Shown here: positions 9,917-21,104 of the stretch, in pieces
Layout of the letters: each line of letters starts with the position of its first letter
How positions within the stretch are numbered: position 1 is the first letter of the stretch
Origin: Planctomycetota bacterium
Lineage (GTDB): Bacteria > Planctomycetota > PLA2 > JAEUHO01
Assembly (NCBI GenBank): GCA_050248855.1
Contig: JBFWRP010000009.1
Span: 1-64,000 of the forward strand
Direction: 5' to 3'
DNA length: 64,000 bases
Made by a program: the position numbers and the translations under genes
The notes under the pieces: generated by a model
Seen by the model: the letters and a program-made list of their open reading frames with translations, nothing else
The model's database searches: none
What the model was told of the DNA's origin: nothing

Positions 9917-10851
9917 CCGCCGGGCACGACGCACCGGAGGGACGGACGCCGACTCGAGCGGGGCGGCCCCTCCCCGTCCGCCTCGTCGTAGGCGCCGGGC
10001 TCGTGGCTGCCGTGGGCTTGCTGTTCCCCCTGCCCCGTGCCCACCGGGCGTGGGGCTTGCCCATGGACCTCGCGCACCTCGTCCTGGGCGCCGGACTCAC
10101 GTGGGTCGCCGCGCGCTTCGTCGAGCGGCTCGGCACCGCGCGCGTGGCTTCCGCGTGGCTCGGCTGGATGGCGGCCATGCTGTTCCTCGGCGCGTTCGAG
10201 GTGGCGCAGGTCCTGACGTCGCGTTCCCCGGGGGTGGACGACATCGTGGCCAACGGGCTCGGCGGCCTGGCCATGGTGCTGCTGCTCGTGCTGCCTCGCC
10301 GACGGGCGGTGCCGCTGGCCCTGCTGGTCCTCGCGGTGGGCACCGCACCCGTTGCGTTGGCGGGCCTGGACCTCTACCGCCAGGGCCGTGACCTGCCCGT
10401 TCTCTCCGACCTCGAGACGCGGCTCGAGATGCTGCGCTGGGGCTCGAGCGATGGCCGCGTCGCACGGGTGCCCGCGACCGGCGACCGCGGCGGCCACGAG
10501 GTCGAGGCCGTGCTGCCGCCGGGGCGCTGGCCCGGCGTGAGCCTGATCCACCCCTACCCGGACTGGCGCGGCTGGCGTGCACTCGCCTTTCGCGTGCACA
10601 TGGACGAAGCCGGCGCGCTCGAGGTGCTCGTGGTGGACCGCGACCACGACGAGACCTACGCGGATCGATTCAACGGCAGCTACGACCTGCCGGCGGGGTG
10701 GTCCGAGGTGGAGATCCCACTCGACGCCGTGGCACGCGGACCGCAGACGCGGCCGCTGGATCTCGCCCGCGTGGACGGGATCACGTGGTTCCTGCTGGGA
10801 CCCAAGCACGAGCGCCGCATCCGGCTGGACGACGTACGCCTCGTGAAGTGA
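9913..10851 (+). CDS. VanZ-like membrane domain + extracellular (carbohydrate-binding-like) domain; start uncertain
   Basis: AHLVL, FEVAQ..TSRSPGVDDIVANGLG (VanZ-like), then a soluble domain ending IRLDDVRL. Start could be CTG 9913, a GTG near 10000, or ATG 10063. Confidence 0.65.
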   Translation: MTAGHDAPEGRTPTRAGRPLPVRLVVGAGLVAAVGLLFPLPRAHRAWGLPMDLAHLVLGAGLTWVAARFVERLGTARVASAWLGWMAAMLFLGAFEVAQVLTSRSPGVDDIVANGLGGLAMVLLLVLPRRRAVPLALLVLAVGTAPVALAGLDLYRQGRDLPVLSDLETRLEMLRWGSSDGRVARVPATGDRGGHEVEAVLPPGRWPGVSLIHPYPDWRGWRALAFRVHMDEAGALEVLVVDRDHDETYADRFNGSYDLPAGWSEVEIPLDAVARGPQTRPLDLARVDGITWFLLGPKHERRIRLDDVRLVK

Positions 10852-10873
10852 GGCGCGACACGACGCGTGCGCG

Positions 10874-11545
10874 TCAGCCGAGCAGCTCGAACTGGCTGGC
10901 GAGCCACCAGAGCAGGCTGCCGGCCAAGCCGTAGCCGACCACCATGTCGAACGTGCTGCTCCAGGCGTGGCGCCAGGGCAAGCCCATCCACGTGCTGCCC
11001 ATCCAGTGGATGCTGATCGACGCCAGCAGACCGACGGCGGCGCACGCCGCAAACGTCTCGGGAAGGGTGTCGATGGCCACGGCGGTCGTCGTCCAGAAGA
11101 TGCACACGAGCACGGCCAAGCCGACGCCCTCGAGCAGGTTCAGCAGGAAGCCCTTGAGGAAGGTGGACCCGCCCATGCAGCCGCCCTTGGGCACGGGCAC
11201 GATGATGGCGTTGGGGCCCTTCTTCAGGCGCTCCACGAAGCCCGGGTTGGACATCCCGCCCTCGTACTGCTTGGGATCGGGCAGCGACCAGAACCAGCCC
11301 GGCGGCAGGTCGGCCTTGGCCAGGGCCTCCTCCAGCGCGCCGCCGTCGTTGACGCCGCGCCAGTCGTCATCGTGGTGCTTGAGCAGCATCCAACAGAGGG
11401 CGCCCCACACGAACCGCAGGACGCCAGCGGCGAGCCCGCCGATCAGCAGCCACGTGAGCGGCACGGGGGTCTCGTCCACGACGAGACCCCACCCCGCGGC
11501 CAGCACCGCGCTCCCCTCGGCCCACCAAGCGACAAGTGACGACAT
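10874..11545 (-). CDS. Integral membrane protein, unknown function
   Basis: 4-5 hydrophobic segments, host-like codon usage. Confidence 0.7.
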   Translation of the reverse strand: MSSLVAWWAEGSAVLAAGWGLVVDETPVPLTWLLIGGLAAGVLRFVWGALCWMLLKHHDDDWRGVNDGGALEEALAKADLPPGWFWSLPDPKQYEGGMSNPGFVERLKKGPNAIIVPVPKGGCMGGSTFLKGFLLNLLEGVGLAVLVCIFWTTTAVAIDTLPETFAACAAVGLLASISIHWMGSTWMGLPWRHAWSSTFDMVVGYGLAGSLLWWLASQFELLG

Positions 11546-11600
11546 CGCGAGCTCCTCGGCGCGTAGGGTAGCCGCCCGCGAGGCACCGTTTCCACGACGA

Positions 11601-14600
11601 TCAAGTGCCCTGCACCTCGAGCTCGAGGTCGGTGACTCCGTCCGCTTCGAGCTCGCGCTCGAGTGTCGGGAGTCCCTGCTGACCGCCCCACATGAACCCG
11701 TTGAACGCGCGAGCCCACACCGTGACCTTCCAGCGCCCGCGCGAGAGCCCGGGGATCTTGACCTGACCCGGCGCGGTGAGCATGGCGCTGCCCGACCTCT
11801 GCTTCGTACCCTCGCTCGCGTCGAGCAGCACGGCCGTGGCCGTGACGTAGACGCGGTCCACGGACTCGCCTTCGTCGGGCTTCCAGCTCACGTTCACGGT
11901 CGTGCCCGTGGCCAGCTCGAAGCTGCCGAGATCGACGTCGCCCGTCGCGGGCATCGTGACGGCCGCCAGCTCGTACGGCACCTTGTCGTGCGTCTCGATC
12001 ACCACGCGGTAGGTGCCCGCGGCCAGGCCCCCTACGCGGAACGCGCCGTCCTCGACGCCCGCGTTGACCTGCTTGACCAGCTCGGCGCCGCGATGCACGG
12101 CCACGCTGACCGACCCGACGTGCTGGCCGAAGCGGTTGCCGCGGTGCTGCTTCATGCGCTCCGCCTCTTCGATGCGGGACGGGATGCGGAACACGAGCCC
12201 GCCGCCGGCTTCCATGACCAGGCGCACGTCCTTGGCGCCACCGCGCGTGCGCACCACGCCGCCCTCGGCCGCCGGCGCGAGGCGGTTGTTCCAGCCGCGC
12301 AGCTCCAAGGGCTCGCCGTCCTGGCTGCGCAGCTTCCAGCGGCCGCTGGTGCCCCGGCCCTGCACGTAGGCGCCGCCGCTTCCGCGCACGACGTTGTCGC
12401 GATCGTGGCCCACGCGCAGCACGCGCGACCCCTGGACCTCGAAGCCCTCGGGCACGACGAGCTCGCCCTCGGTCCACACGATGCGCGAAAGATCGAACCA
12501 GAGCTCCTCGGCGGGCGCGCCGGCGACGACCTCCACTTCGCGGGACTCGAGCCCCGTCGAACGCTCGACGACCCGGTAGCGCCCCGACTCCAACCCGTCG
12601 TAGCGTTGCGTCTTGGTGGCGCCGGGGTCGTCACCGGCGCTGGGCGGAAGGGGCACGGCGTTGCCCCAACCCTTGGGCTGGTAGCCCTTCCACGGGTCGG
12701 CGCCCGGCTCGTCGCCATGGCGCTGCAGCTCGAACTGGACCTCACCGTCCGACGGCGGGTCGTACTGGAGCACGAGGGCGCCGCACGGTTGCAGGTCGAC
12801 GCCGAACGACGCGCTCTCGACGAACCCGCCCGCCGGCACCTTGACCTCGCCCGGCAGGTAGCCCATCGCGCCGAGCGTGATCACCGTCTCCTTGGCGTCG
12901 TCGGGCTTGCGACCCAGCTGGAAGCGCAGCTCGCCCGCGCCGGGGTCCTCCTCCACGGACGTGACGGGCACGTTCTGGCCGGCCGCCTGCAGCGTGTACT
13001 CGGGAGGCAGGCGGGCCACGCCCGAGCACCGCACCTTCAGCGTGACCAAGGGCCCATCGTCCAGGGTGATGTCGACGCGACCGGCCGACTTCGCAGGCTC
13101 GATCGTGGCCACCGCGGGCGCCGACCACCAGTTGTCCGTTCGCGAGCGCATGCGCTTGACCATCACCTTGGTCGCGGCCACGCCCGGCCAGCGCAGCTCG
13201 CCCGCGGCGTCGGTGAGCGCGGCAGGCGCCAGCATCTGGTTGGAGGACGCGTCCAGCGCCACCAGCAGCACGCCCGGCACCGGCGCGCCGGACGCATCCA
13301 CCGTGCGCACGAGGAGGTCGGCCTCCTTGACGAACGTGATCGCCTGTCCCTTCTCCTGCCCCTGCTGGGACATGAACGTCGCTACACGACCGTCTTCGGT
13401 GCGCACCTTGCCCATGGCCCAGAGCGGATTGAGGCCGTGGATCGCGACCTCGTCGCGTTCCATCTCGGCCTTGAGCTCCGGGTCGGTCTCGGAGGCCAGC
13501 CACGACATCCGCGAGCTCTCGGCCGTGAGGGGCGTGCCGGGTTCGGGCACGGGTACGGTGCCGGCCCGGACGGGGAAGCGCACGGTGCGCCACGAGGACA
13601 GCTCGAGCGTGACGTGACGGTCGGCCGGCTTGGCCGCGACGGTGTTGATGTTGCCCCACCCGGCGGGCGGCGGATAGCCCGCGGCCTCCGCGGCCACGGC
13701 CAACGCCTTGCCCTCGCCCAGCCCGCGCAGCTCGACGTAGCCCTCGGCATCGGTGACGGCGTCCGGGAGGGCGGGGAGGTAGCCAGGCCCCTGCGGCGGC
13801 AGCGACGTGACGTCGTCGCCGACCACCACGCGCGCGCCGGCAATCGGCGACCCACTGTCCTTGTCCTTGACCCAGACCTGCAAGCGGCGCTCGTCGCCCA
13901 GCTCCAGCAGCTGGGGTTCGAGGCCAGGCGCCGGGATGCGCACGCGCAGGACGCCCCGGCCTTGACCCTCCTGGGGCCCGCGCGCCACGACCGTGTACTG
14001 GCCCGTGGGCAGCACGGGCAGCACGATCCGCCCGTCGGCAGCGGTCGTGACCTGCTGCAGGATGACCTGTCCGTTCACGAGCACGACGTCGGCGCCAGCC
14101 ACCGGCGCACCGTGGTGCGCGACGCGAACGGGCACCGCCTGCCCCTCGCGCAGCACGACGGTGCCGACGTCGAGCTCGTCGCCGGGACTCAGTCCGTACA
14201 TCTGCGCCCACGTGGAGCCGGCCTTGTCCTCGCCGTGGCGCGCCACGATGTAGCCGGTGTTCCAGACACGGGCACCGAGCGAGTCGAGCGTCGCCGCCAG
14301 CTCGAAGCGCCCGTCGCGGTCCGTGGTGCCGGTGCTCCCGCCTCCCTCACGCATGATGATCTCGACGGCCGCACCGGCTACCGGCCGCCGGTGCTCGTCG
14401 ACGACGCGGCCGATGACGCGCGCATCGTCCTCGCCGAGGGCCAAGGGCTCGCCCGCGCCGCCCGCCGCCGTCGGCCCCGCGGCGCCAGGCCGGTCGCCGG
14501 CCACGCCGCCGTGGCCTGCCAGAGTCGGCCCACCGAGCGACTGCCCCGTCAGCGGGTCGCTGGCACCGACATCGAGGCCGGGCTCCCCGCCGAGGTCCCC

Positions 14601-14663
14601 CACCAGCAGCCACGCGGCGCCACCGAGCGCCGCCAGCAAGATCACCGCCAATGCCGCGCGCAT
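11601..14663 (-). CDS. Large membrane-anchored protein with carboxypeptidase-regulatory-like repeats
   Basis: N-terminal TM; GRVVDEHRRPVAGA.V, TDRDGRF and similar repeats. Confidence 0.8.
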   Translation of the reverse strand: MRAALAVILLAALGGAAWLLVGDLGGEPGLDVGASDPLTGQSLGGPTLAGHGGVAGDRPGAAGPTAAGGAGEPLALGEDDARVIGRVVDEHRRPVAGAAVEIIMREGGGSTGTTDRDGRFELAATLDSLGARVWNTGYIVARHGEDKAGSTWAQMYGLSPGDELDVGTVVLREGQAVPVRVAHHGAPVAGADVVLVNGQVILQQVTTAADGRIVLPVLPTGQYTVVARGPQEGQGRGVLRVRIPAPGLEPQLLELGDERRLQVWVKDKDSGSPIAGARVVVGDDVTSLPPQGPGYLPALPDAVTDAEGYVELRGLGEGKALAVAAEAAGYPPPAGWGNINTVAAKPADRHVTLELSSWRTVRFPVRAGTVPVPEPGTPLTAESSRMSWLASETDPELKAEMERDEVAIHGLNPLWAMGKVRTEDGRVATFMSQQGQEKGQAITFVKEADLLVRTVDASGAPVPGVLLVALDASSNQMLAPAALTDAAGELRWPGVAATKVMVKRMRSRTDNWWSAPAVATIEPAKSAGRVDITLDDGPLVTLKVRCSGVARLPPEYTLQAAGQNVPVTSVEEDPGAGELRFQLGRKPDDAKETVITLGAMGYLPGEVKVPAGGFVESASFGVDLQPCGALVLQYDPPSDGEVQFELQRHGDEPGADPWKGYQPKGWGNAVPLPPSAGDDPGATKTQRYDGLESGRYRVVERSTGLESREVEVVAGAPAEELWFDLSRIVWTEGELVVPEGFEVQGSRVLRVGHDRDNVVRGSGGAYVQGRGTSGRWKLRSQDGEPLELRGWNNRLAPAAEGGVVRTRGGAKDVRLVMEAGGGLVFRIPSRIEEAERMKQHRGNRFGQHVGSVSVAVHRGAELVKQVNAGVEDGAFRVGGLAAGTYRVVIETHDKVPYELAAVTMPATGDVDLGSFELATGTTVNVSWKPDEGESVDRVYVTATAVLLDASEGTKQRSGSAMLTAPGQVKIPGLSRGRWKVTVWARAFNGFMWGGQQGLPTLERELEADGVTDLELEVQGT

Positions 14664-14767
14664 GTCGCGCCTCCCCGCGCCCCTGCCCGGGGCCCCCCAC
14701 CCCGCGCGTGCCGATCGTAGCGATGCCGGAGGGGGCGTTGGTCACGGTCGCGTCGCGGCGGGCCGGG

Positions 14768-15829
14768 CTACTGGGGCGAGGAGTCGCCGAAGCGCGAGGA
14801 CGCCTCGCCCGGACGCGGGACGTCGATCTCCGTGTCGCCGTCGACGGTGAACTTCACCTCGAGCCCGCGGAGGTAGTCGGAGGCCCCGGCCTCGCCCACC
14901 GCCGCGTGGATGTAGTAGCGCCCGGGAACGAGACGCGTGTGCACCTCGTCGCCGGTCAGCTCCAGGCGCTCCCACACGGGCACGCGCCCCAGCGAACGCT
15001 CCCCCAGCCGGTTCTCCATCCGGATCAGGTGCAGGGCCAGGCGATCCGAGGGGGCGCCGGGGCCAACCAACCGGAAACGCACCGCGTGACGGCCGTAGGC
15101 GCCCAGGCCGTAGCCCATCGGTGCCACGAGGCGATACGACCATGCACGCACGCCGTCCTCGCCGTTGATGCGGCCGCGGCTCGCCAGCGCCGACGGCTCC
15201 GCGCCCGCCACGAGACCGCGCACGACATGGCCCGCGCCGTCGGCGGGGCCCGTCGGGTCGGCCACGTCCCAGACGGGCAAGGGGCCCGGGTGATCGGCCA
15301 CGACCTCCGCATGCTGGCCCAGCCCCACGAGACCCCAGCGGTTCACGAAGCCCTCGCGCCACGGCGATCCGTCCTCGGTGGGCCACGTGCCCTCGGTGCC
15401 CGCCCGGGCCGCGTGCTCCCATTCGCCTTCGCGGATCCAGCGGTAGGTCCAGATGGGGTCCGCCGCGGTCAGCCGCTTGGCGTCCGCTTCGACCACGGCC
15501 GGGTCGAACGGCCCCTCGCCCGCGCGCGGCGACACGTCCACGTAGAAGGGCAGGCCGATGCGCACTTCGTGACGCGCTTGCGCCTCGCCTTGGCGCGAGC
15601 GTCCTGCTGGCGCGAGGACCAGGACGCGGCCGTCGGGATCGCGGATGGCCACGGGGGCGCCGAAACGCTCGGCCCACACGACCTGCTCGGGCGCCACCAC
15701 GAGCCCGGGGAAGCCCTCGACGGCCACGCGCGTGAATGGCGTCACCGGGGTGGGTGGCTCGCCGCACGCGGCAAGCGCCACGCAGGCGGCCACCTCGAGA
15801 GCGAGGACGGCGAAGCCTCGTGCGGTCAC
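14768..15829 (-). CDS. Lipoprotein with degenerate FGE-sulfatase domain
   Basis: GTG overlapping the DinB stop; lipobox LAAC; YRWIREGEWEHAARAGT, NRWGL, VVRG. Confidence 0.7.
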   Translation of the reverse strand: MTARGFAVLALEVAACVALAACGEPPTPVTPFTRVAVEGFPGLVVAPEQVVWAERFGAPVAIRDPDGRVLVLAPAGRSRQGEAQARHEVRIGLPFYVDVSPRAGEGPFDPAVVEADAKRLTAADPIWTYRWIREGEWEHAARAGTEGTWPTEDGSPWREGFVNRWGLVGLGQHAEVVADHPGPLPVWDVADPTGPADGAGHVVRGLVAGAEPSALASRGRINGEDGVRAWSYRLVAPMGYGLGAYGRHAVRFRLVGPGAPSDRLALHLIRMENRLGERSLGRVPVWERLELTGDEVHTRLVPGRYYIHAAVGEAGASDYLRGLEVKFTVDGDTEIDVPRPGEASSRFGDSSPQ

Positions 15830-16311
15830 GCGGAGGCGCCCTCGGCGCGGAAGAGCCGCCGCAGGAGCACGATCTGCGAGGCGTGCCAGCTGTCGTGGCG
15901 CGTGGCCATCGCGAGGAACTCGCGCATCGGCATGTTGCCGCCCGCCACGAGCTCGAGGTCGGCGGGGCGCAGGCCCGCGAAGGCCTCGCGCTCCTCGCCG
16001 TGGGCCGCGGCCAGGGCGTCGAGCTCCTCGGCGAGCGTGGGCAGCGCCACCCGTGGGCGTGGCGCCGGCGCCGGGGCGTCCAGGCCCTTCACGATGTCCG
16101 CGTAGTGCCGCTTGCAGTGCGCGAGGTGCGCGATCTGCCACCGCACGGTGCCCGGTGCAGGCCAGCCCTCTTCGCGCGGCTCGGCGCTCCACGCGGCCGG
16201 CTGGAACTCGGCTTCCGCTTCGCCGAGGTCCGCCAGGGCGGCCTGCAGGGACTCGAAGGGGTGGGACCAAGCATCGTCCAGGGCCTCGAGCGCCACGCGT
16301 ACGCCGTCCAT
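15826..16311 (-). CDS. DinB family protein
   Basis: WQIAHLAHCKRHY and HDSWHASQI His motifs. Confidence 0.85.
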   Translation of the reverse strand: MDGVRVALEALDDAWSHPFESLQAALADLGEAEAEFQPAAWSAEPREEGWPAPGTVRWQIAHLAHCKRHYADIVKGLDAPAPAPRPRVALPTLAEELDALAAAHGEEREAFAGLRPADLELVAGGNMPMREFLAMATRHDSWHASQIVLLRRLFRAEGASA

Positions 16312-16409
16312 CGTTCCTCTCCGTCGACTGCGAGTCGGTAGGTCCCCATCATGCCCCCACGGTCGCGATGACGCTTCGGAGGACGCGGGGCCCAAGGCAG
16401 GATCGGCCC

Positions 16410-17246
16410 ATGCCTCGCGTGCTCACGCCGAACCTGCTCGTCGTCCTGCTCGCCCTCCCCGTCCTCGCGGCGTGCGGGTCGAGCGAGCCGGCGAGCGACG
16501 TCATCACGGTCCGCGTGCTCGACGAGCGGGGCCAGCCTGCGACGTGGGCGCGCGTGCTGCACGGCGGGAGCCACGGAGACGCGGGCGGCCTGCGCATGCG
16601 CTGGGATCCCGAGCGGGCGCTGGTGACCCTGCCGCGGGCGAGCGCGCCGCACACGCTCCAGCTCGCGGCGCCGGGGCGCAAGACGCAGATCGTGGAAGGG
16701 ATCTCCGGCGATCGCTCCGTGTCGCTCGAGCTCGGGTACCCGATCGAGATCCACGTCACGGGCGACGCGCCGCCGCCCGAGCCCTCGCGGGTCATCCTGT
16801 TCCGCGTGCGCCCGGTCACGGAGAAGGACCCGGCCAAGGACGACGAGGCGGCGATGCGGGTCAGCGACGTCTGCTCGATGATCTTCCCGCGCCGCGGCGC
16901 CACCGAGAGCTCGCTGCCGTTGCTGCCGCGCGGCCGCTGGGGCTTTGCCGCAACGGCGGACGACGCCGCGGGCGGCCTGCTGCTGCCCGAGCGCGGTACC
17001 TACGAAGTGCGCTGGGGCCTGTTCGACAAGGACGAGGGCACATGGCAGTCCTCGGCCGGTGCGGCGTACGTGATCGACGTGGAGGAGCACGGCCGCGAAG
17101 CGCAACGTCTCGACGTGCGCATCGATGCGGGCCCCATGCAGGCCGTCCGCCGCGCGCTTCGCGCCCAGATCGACGCGCTGCACGCGGCGCAAGAGCAGCC
17201 GACGGGGGAGGACGAAGGCGGCGTCGTGCCCGAGGCGTCGCGCTAG
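16410..17246 (+). CDS. Hypothetical lipoprotein
   Basis: Signal peptide with LAAC lipobox. Confidence 0.7.
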   Translation: MPRVLTPNLLVVLLALPVLAACGSSEPASDVITVRVLDERGQPATWARVLHGGSHGDAGGLRMRWDPERALVTLPRASAPHTLQLAAPGRKTQIVEGISGDRSVSLELGYPIEIHVTGDAPPPEPSRVILFRVRPVTEKDPAKDDEAAMRVSDVCSMIFPRRGATESSLPLLPRGRWGFAATADDAAGGLLLPERGTYEVRWGLFDKDEGTWQSSAGAAYVIDVEEHGREAQRLDVRIDAGPMQAVRRALRAQIDALHAAQEQPTGEDEGGVVPEASR

Positions 17247-17257
17247 CGAGCCCACGG

Positions 17258-19339
17258 CTACTCGGCACCCGCCTCCAGCACCAGATCGCGGCTCCCGGCC
17301 GCGACGCCGCGCTGCGCGTAGATGAGATCGGCCTGACCCGTCCAGATGGAGATGACGAGGTCCCACGGCCCCGCGGGCAGCGCCTCGAACAGGAACCGCC
17401 CCGTCTCGCGGTCGACACGCCCGTCGACGGTGACCGACCCGCGCCGCGCGGTCGCGCCGCGCACGTAGCGGAATCCTCCGACGGGCCGGGCGAGCGTGCC
17501 CACGATGTCGGCGGCCGGGCCGAGCTCGATGCGCACGTCGTCGGGGAGTCGTGCGCCATCCAGCTCGAGCAGCGCGGCCCGACGACGCGCCGGGTCCCGT
17601 GCCAGCAGCAAGAACGGACCGGCGGGCACCCCCAAGACGAAGGAGCCGTCCTGGAGCGTCGTGGCGCGCAGCCGGGGGCCGCCGCCGAACACCTCGAGAC
17701 GCACGTCGGCGCCGGCACCCACCACATGCCCGCGAAACCGACCGTCGTCGGTCAGCTCGACGACGAGATCCTCGGTGGGCGCCCGGACCGCCAGCCGCCG
17801 CCCCATCGTCTGCGTGTGCACGTGCCGCACGACCAGCTCGTAGGCACCGGGCGCGAGCGGTCCGACCGCGAAGGTGCCGTCCGTGCGAGGCGATCCCAGA
17901 CCCGCGAGCCGCGTCGGTTCGCCGCCGTGCTCCTGGGTCCAGACCTCCAGGCGGGTGCCCGCCAAGCGGGCCTCGTCCGCGCCGCGCACGTGACCGCGGA
18001 CCATTGCGCCACGCATGACCGCCAGCGTCAGGGGCGCGTCCACGGCATCGACGACGTGGCCGGACAGCGGCTGCCAGACCTCGCCGTCCCGCTGCAGGGC
18101 ATCGACCCAGACCTCGAGGGTCCCCGTGGCAGCAAGTCCCTCGATGCGAAAGGCCCCTTCGTCGTCAGTGACAGCGGCGAGCGGCCGCCGCACGCGACCG
18201 CCGCCGGCCGCCGGCGAAGCGCGTACGGTGGCGCCGGAGAGGGCGCGTCCCCGATCGTCGACGACGCTGCCGAAGATCGCGCGGGTGGCGCGCACCACGA
18301 CCTCGACCTCGCTGGACCCCGCATCGACCACCGCCGAGGCGTCCGCGTCCAGCTCGAAGGCATGACCCACGACGACGATGCGCCACGCGCCTTCGGAAAG
18401 GCCACCCAGGCGGAAGCTCCCGTCGGCGCCGCTTCGGGCAACAGCCGAGGAAGTCGCCACCGAGCTCTTCGCGCCCGCCACCTCGGCGGAGAGGGGAACC
18501 CCCGCCACGCCGCTCCCAGTCGCGTCCACGACGCGCCCTCGGATCGCCAAGCTCTCCGGGACCGTCAGGTGCAGGCGCCCGGTGCTGGAAAGATCGATGG
18601 CCAGCGGACGCCGGGAGAGATCGAGCTCGCGCGCCCCGGCGCGGGCACGCAGCACGCCAACCGTGACCTCGACGCTTGTCGCGGGCCAGTCCAACACGGC
18701 AACGCCACCGACGATCCGGACACTCGTCACCGCGGGCTGGGCACCCGGGCCGCGCACGTGCAGCAGCACTTCCCCGTCCGTGACGGCGGTGCCGTCCTCG
18801 GCCAGGAGCACGAGCTCGCGCTCCGTGAGCTCGACCGAGCGCACGAGCTTCACGTCGCGTCGGCCACTTGCCACCTCGACGGCGGGCACGCCCTTCGCGT
18901 GGAGTCGCAGGGTGCCGGCCCCCAGGCGCTCGAAGAGGAAGCGCCCGTCCTCGCCGCTCGTCGTCGTCCACGCGCCCTGCAGGGTGCCCACGGCCTCGGC
19001 CGACACGCTCACGCCGGCGAGCGGGCGGTCCTCGATGTCCACGACATGGCCCGCGACCACGCCCGTTCCCGGCGTGGGCGGCATGTCCCACGGGTCCATC
19101 GTCGCCGCCTCGGTGGGAACGCGGAACGCCCCTGCAGGAGCACGGCGTCTACCGCCCCGCCCCCGGAACCCACCCGGCATGCCCGGCGCCAAGCCGACCG
19201 CCACCGTCTCCGCAGCGTCCTCGGGGACGTCGAGCAGCACCGGGTCGGCCGTCGGGCCGCTGCGCAACAGATGGGCGGCCAGTGCGACCGTCAGCGCGAT
19301 CGCCAGCGCGATCCCGATGACCACCCCTGCTCGGCGCAC
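17258..19339 (-). CDS. Carboxypeptidase-regulatory-like repeat protein
   Basis: GTG start after GAGGAGG; N-terminal TM; repeated G.VVD..G.P/SGxDGxF motifs. Confidence 0.78.
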   Translation of the reverse strand: MRRAGVVIGIALAIALTVALAAHLLRSGPTADPVLLDVPEDAAETVAVGLAPGMPGGFRGRGGRRRAPAGAFRVPTEAATMDPWDMPPTPGTGVVAGHVVDIEDRPLAGVSVSAEAVGTLQGAWTTTSGEDGRFLFERLGAGTLRLHAKGVPAVEVASGRRDVKLVRSVELTERELVLLAEDGTAVTDGEVLLHVRGPGAQPAVTSVRIVGGVAVLDWPATSVEVTVGVLRARAGARELDLSRRPLAIDLSSTGRLHLTVPESLAIRGRVVDATGSGVAGVPLSAEVAGAKSSVATSSAVARSGADGSFRLGGLSEGAWRIVVVGHAFELDADASAVVDAGSSEVEVVVRATRAIFGSVVDDRGRALSGATVRASPAAGGGRVRRPLAAVTDDEGAFRIEGLAATGTLEVWVDALQRDGEVWQPLSGHVVDAVDAPLTLAVMRGAMVRGHVRGADEARLAGTRLEVWTQEHGGEPTRLAGLGSPRTDGTFAVGPLAPGAYELVVRHVHTQTMGRRLAVRAPTEDLVVELTDDGRFRGHVVGAGADVRLEVFGGGPRLRATTLQDGSFVLGVPAGPFLLLARDPARRRAALLELDGARLPDDVRIELGPAADIVGTLARPVGGFRYVRGATARRGSVTVDGRVDRETGRFLFEALPAGPWDLVISIWTGQADLIYAQRGVAAGSRDLVLEAGAE

Positions 19340-19394
19340 ACGGCACCTCCTCGCCGGCAGCCTACCGAGAAGGCCGGGGACCTGCCGCCACCGA

Positions 19395-21104
19395 TCAGTC
19401 TTCGAGGAACGAGTTGAAGTCCTCGGACGCCTCGGCGTGCAGCACCTCGTAGGCGTGGGCCGGGCTCTTGGCGTGGTAGAGCTGCTGCTGCACGCCGCGG
19501 TCGGACGTCGCCGCACGGGCCAGCGCCGTCAGCACCTCGAGGTGCCGGCCCATCTGGTCGGCGGGAATCGCCAACAGCACCATGCAGTGGACGGGGTGGC
19601 CGTCGGGGGTCTCGAAGGGCAAGCCCTCCTGGCTGATGCCCATGGCCCCCACCAGCTCGGGCAGCTCGGGCACCATGGCGTTGGGCGTGGCGAGACCTTC
19701 GCCGAGGCACGTACTGGCAGCGGCCTCGCGGGCCAAGACGGCTTCCAGGAACGCTTCGCGGTCGATGCGCAGCGAGTTGCTCGCCGCGAGCACGTCGGCC
19801 AGCTTGCGGATCGCCTCCTCCTTCGAGTCGGCGTGGAAGCGCGTGACGATGTTCTCCTCGTGCAGGAAGTCGATGAGGCGCGCGCGGTCCTTGCCGAGAT
19901 CGCCGGAGCGGGCCAGCGCGATGCGCGTCAGCACGGGCCCGACGATCTCGTTGAGCGTGACCACGGTCAGCACGACGGCGAGGAAGAGGTTGCGCACGTC
20001 CTCCGGGAACGCCTTCTCTTCGGTCACCAACAACATGAGACCCACGGCCAGACCTGCCTGCGGGACCAGGGCCATGCCCATCCAGCTGCGGAGCCGCTTC
20101 GTCCCACCGCCCAGCTTCATGCCCAGCCAGCCCGCGGCCAGCTTGCCCACCAACCGGCCCGAGAACATGAGCAGGGCTGCCGCACCCGCCGTGGCCATGT
20201 GGCCGAGCTCCACCTTGAGGCCCGCCAAGGTGAAGAACACGGCGAAGATGGCGCTCTCGAAGTTCTCGAAGACGGCGTGGCCGATCTCTTCCTTGTCGGG
20301 GGTCATGTTGGCCAGGACGACGCCCAGGATCAGGCACGAAAGCAACGTGCTGGTGCCCATCTGCTCGGCGAGCCCCGCCGTCAGCAGGATCGTGATGAGC
20401 GAGGCCGTCGTGAGGCGGCTCGTGCGCACGACGTGCTTGGTCAGGGCCACCAACAGCACACCCGCGCCCACGCCCAGCAAGCCGGCGATACCCACCGTCT
20501 TCAGCGGTGCGAGGAGCACCTGCGCCATGGAGGCGCCGCCGCCGGCGTCCGCGGCCGCCAGCGCAGCCAGGGCGCCGGTGTGGGCCAGCTCGAACAGCAC
20601 GATGCAGGCCAGGTTGTTGAGCGCCACGCCGGCCACGAGCGTCTTCACGAACACGCCCCGCGAGCGCGTCTCGCTGACGATGGCCAGGATCGTCGCCGGC
20701 GCCGTGCTGACGCCGAGCGCGCCCAGCATCAGCGCCACGGGCCACGAGATCTCGGGCAGCCACACCACCAGCCCGACGACGATCACGGGCGTGAGCAGGG
20801 CCTCGAAGAGCAGCAGGTACCCCAGACGCTTGCGCGCCGGTCTCAAGCGCGCCACGTTCAGGTGGCTGCCCACGGCCACGGCCATCAGGCCCAGGGCGAA
20901 GCCCGTGAGGGGCTTCAAGCCCGACAGGCTGCCCGACGGGAAGACGTGCAGGACGGACTCGCCCAACAGGATCCCGACCAGGATCTGGCCCGTCACGCTC
21001 GGCAGGTGGAAGCGCTTGGCGACGGCCCCGCTCAGCACGCCCACCACGAGGACGGCGCCCATGGTGAGCAGCGGGTTGGGGTTCTCGAGGAGGGCGGCCA
21101 CCAT
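19395..21104 (-). CDS. Cation:proton antiporter fused to PTS EIIA-like domain
   Basis: CPA-type TM domain ([23 protein letters not shown]); C-terminal EIIA-like [27 protein letters not shown]. Confidence 0.88.
   Translation of the reverse strand: MVAALLENPNPLLTMGAVLVVGVLSGAVAKRFHLPSVTGQILVGILLGESVLHVFPSGSLSGLKPLTGFALGLMAVAVGSHLNVARLRPARKRLGYLLLFEALLTPVIVVGLVVWLPEISWPVALMLGALGVSTAPATILAIVSETRSRGVFVKTLVAGVALNNLACIVLFELAHTGALAALAAADAGGGASMAQVLLAPLKTVGIAGLLGVGAGVLLVALTKHVVRTSRLTTASLITILLTAGLAEQMGTSTLLSCLILGVVLANMTPDKEEIGHAVFENFESAIFAVFFTLAGLKVELGHMATAGAAALLMFSGRLVGKLAAGWLGMKLGGGTKRLRSWMGMALVPQAGLAVGLMLLVTEEKAFPEDVRNLFLAVVLTVVTLNEIVGPVLTRIALARSGDLGKDRARLIDFLHEENIVTRFHADSKEEAIRKLADVLAASNSLRIDREAFLEAVLAREAAASTCLGEGLATPNAMVPELPELVGAMGISQEGLPFETPDGHPVHCMVLLAIPADQMGRHLEVLTALARAATSDRGVQQQLYHAKSPAHAYEVLHAEASEDFNSFLED

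Noticed and set aside
10944..14720. 1258-aa plus-strand ORF and similar long ORFs (16112-19417, 51935-54940, 55975-59025, 23132-25612)
   Set aside because: Antisense or alternate-frame shadows of real genes, expected in high-GC DNA; no recognisable motifs.
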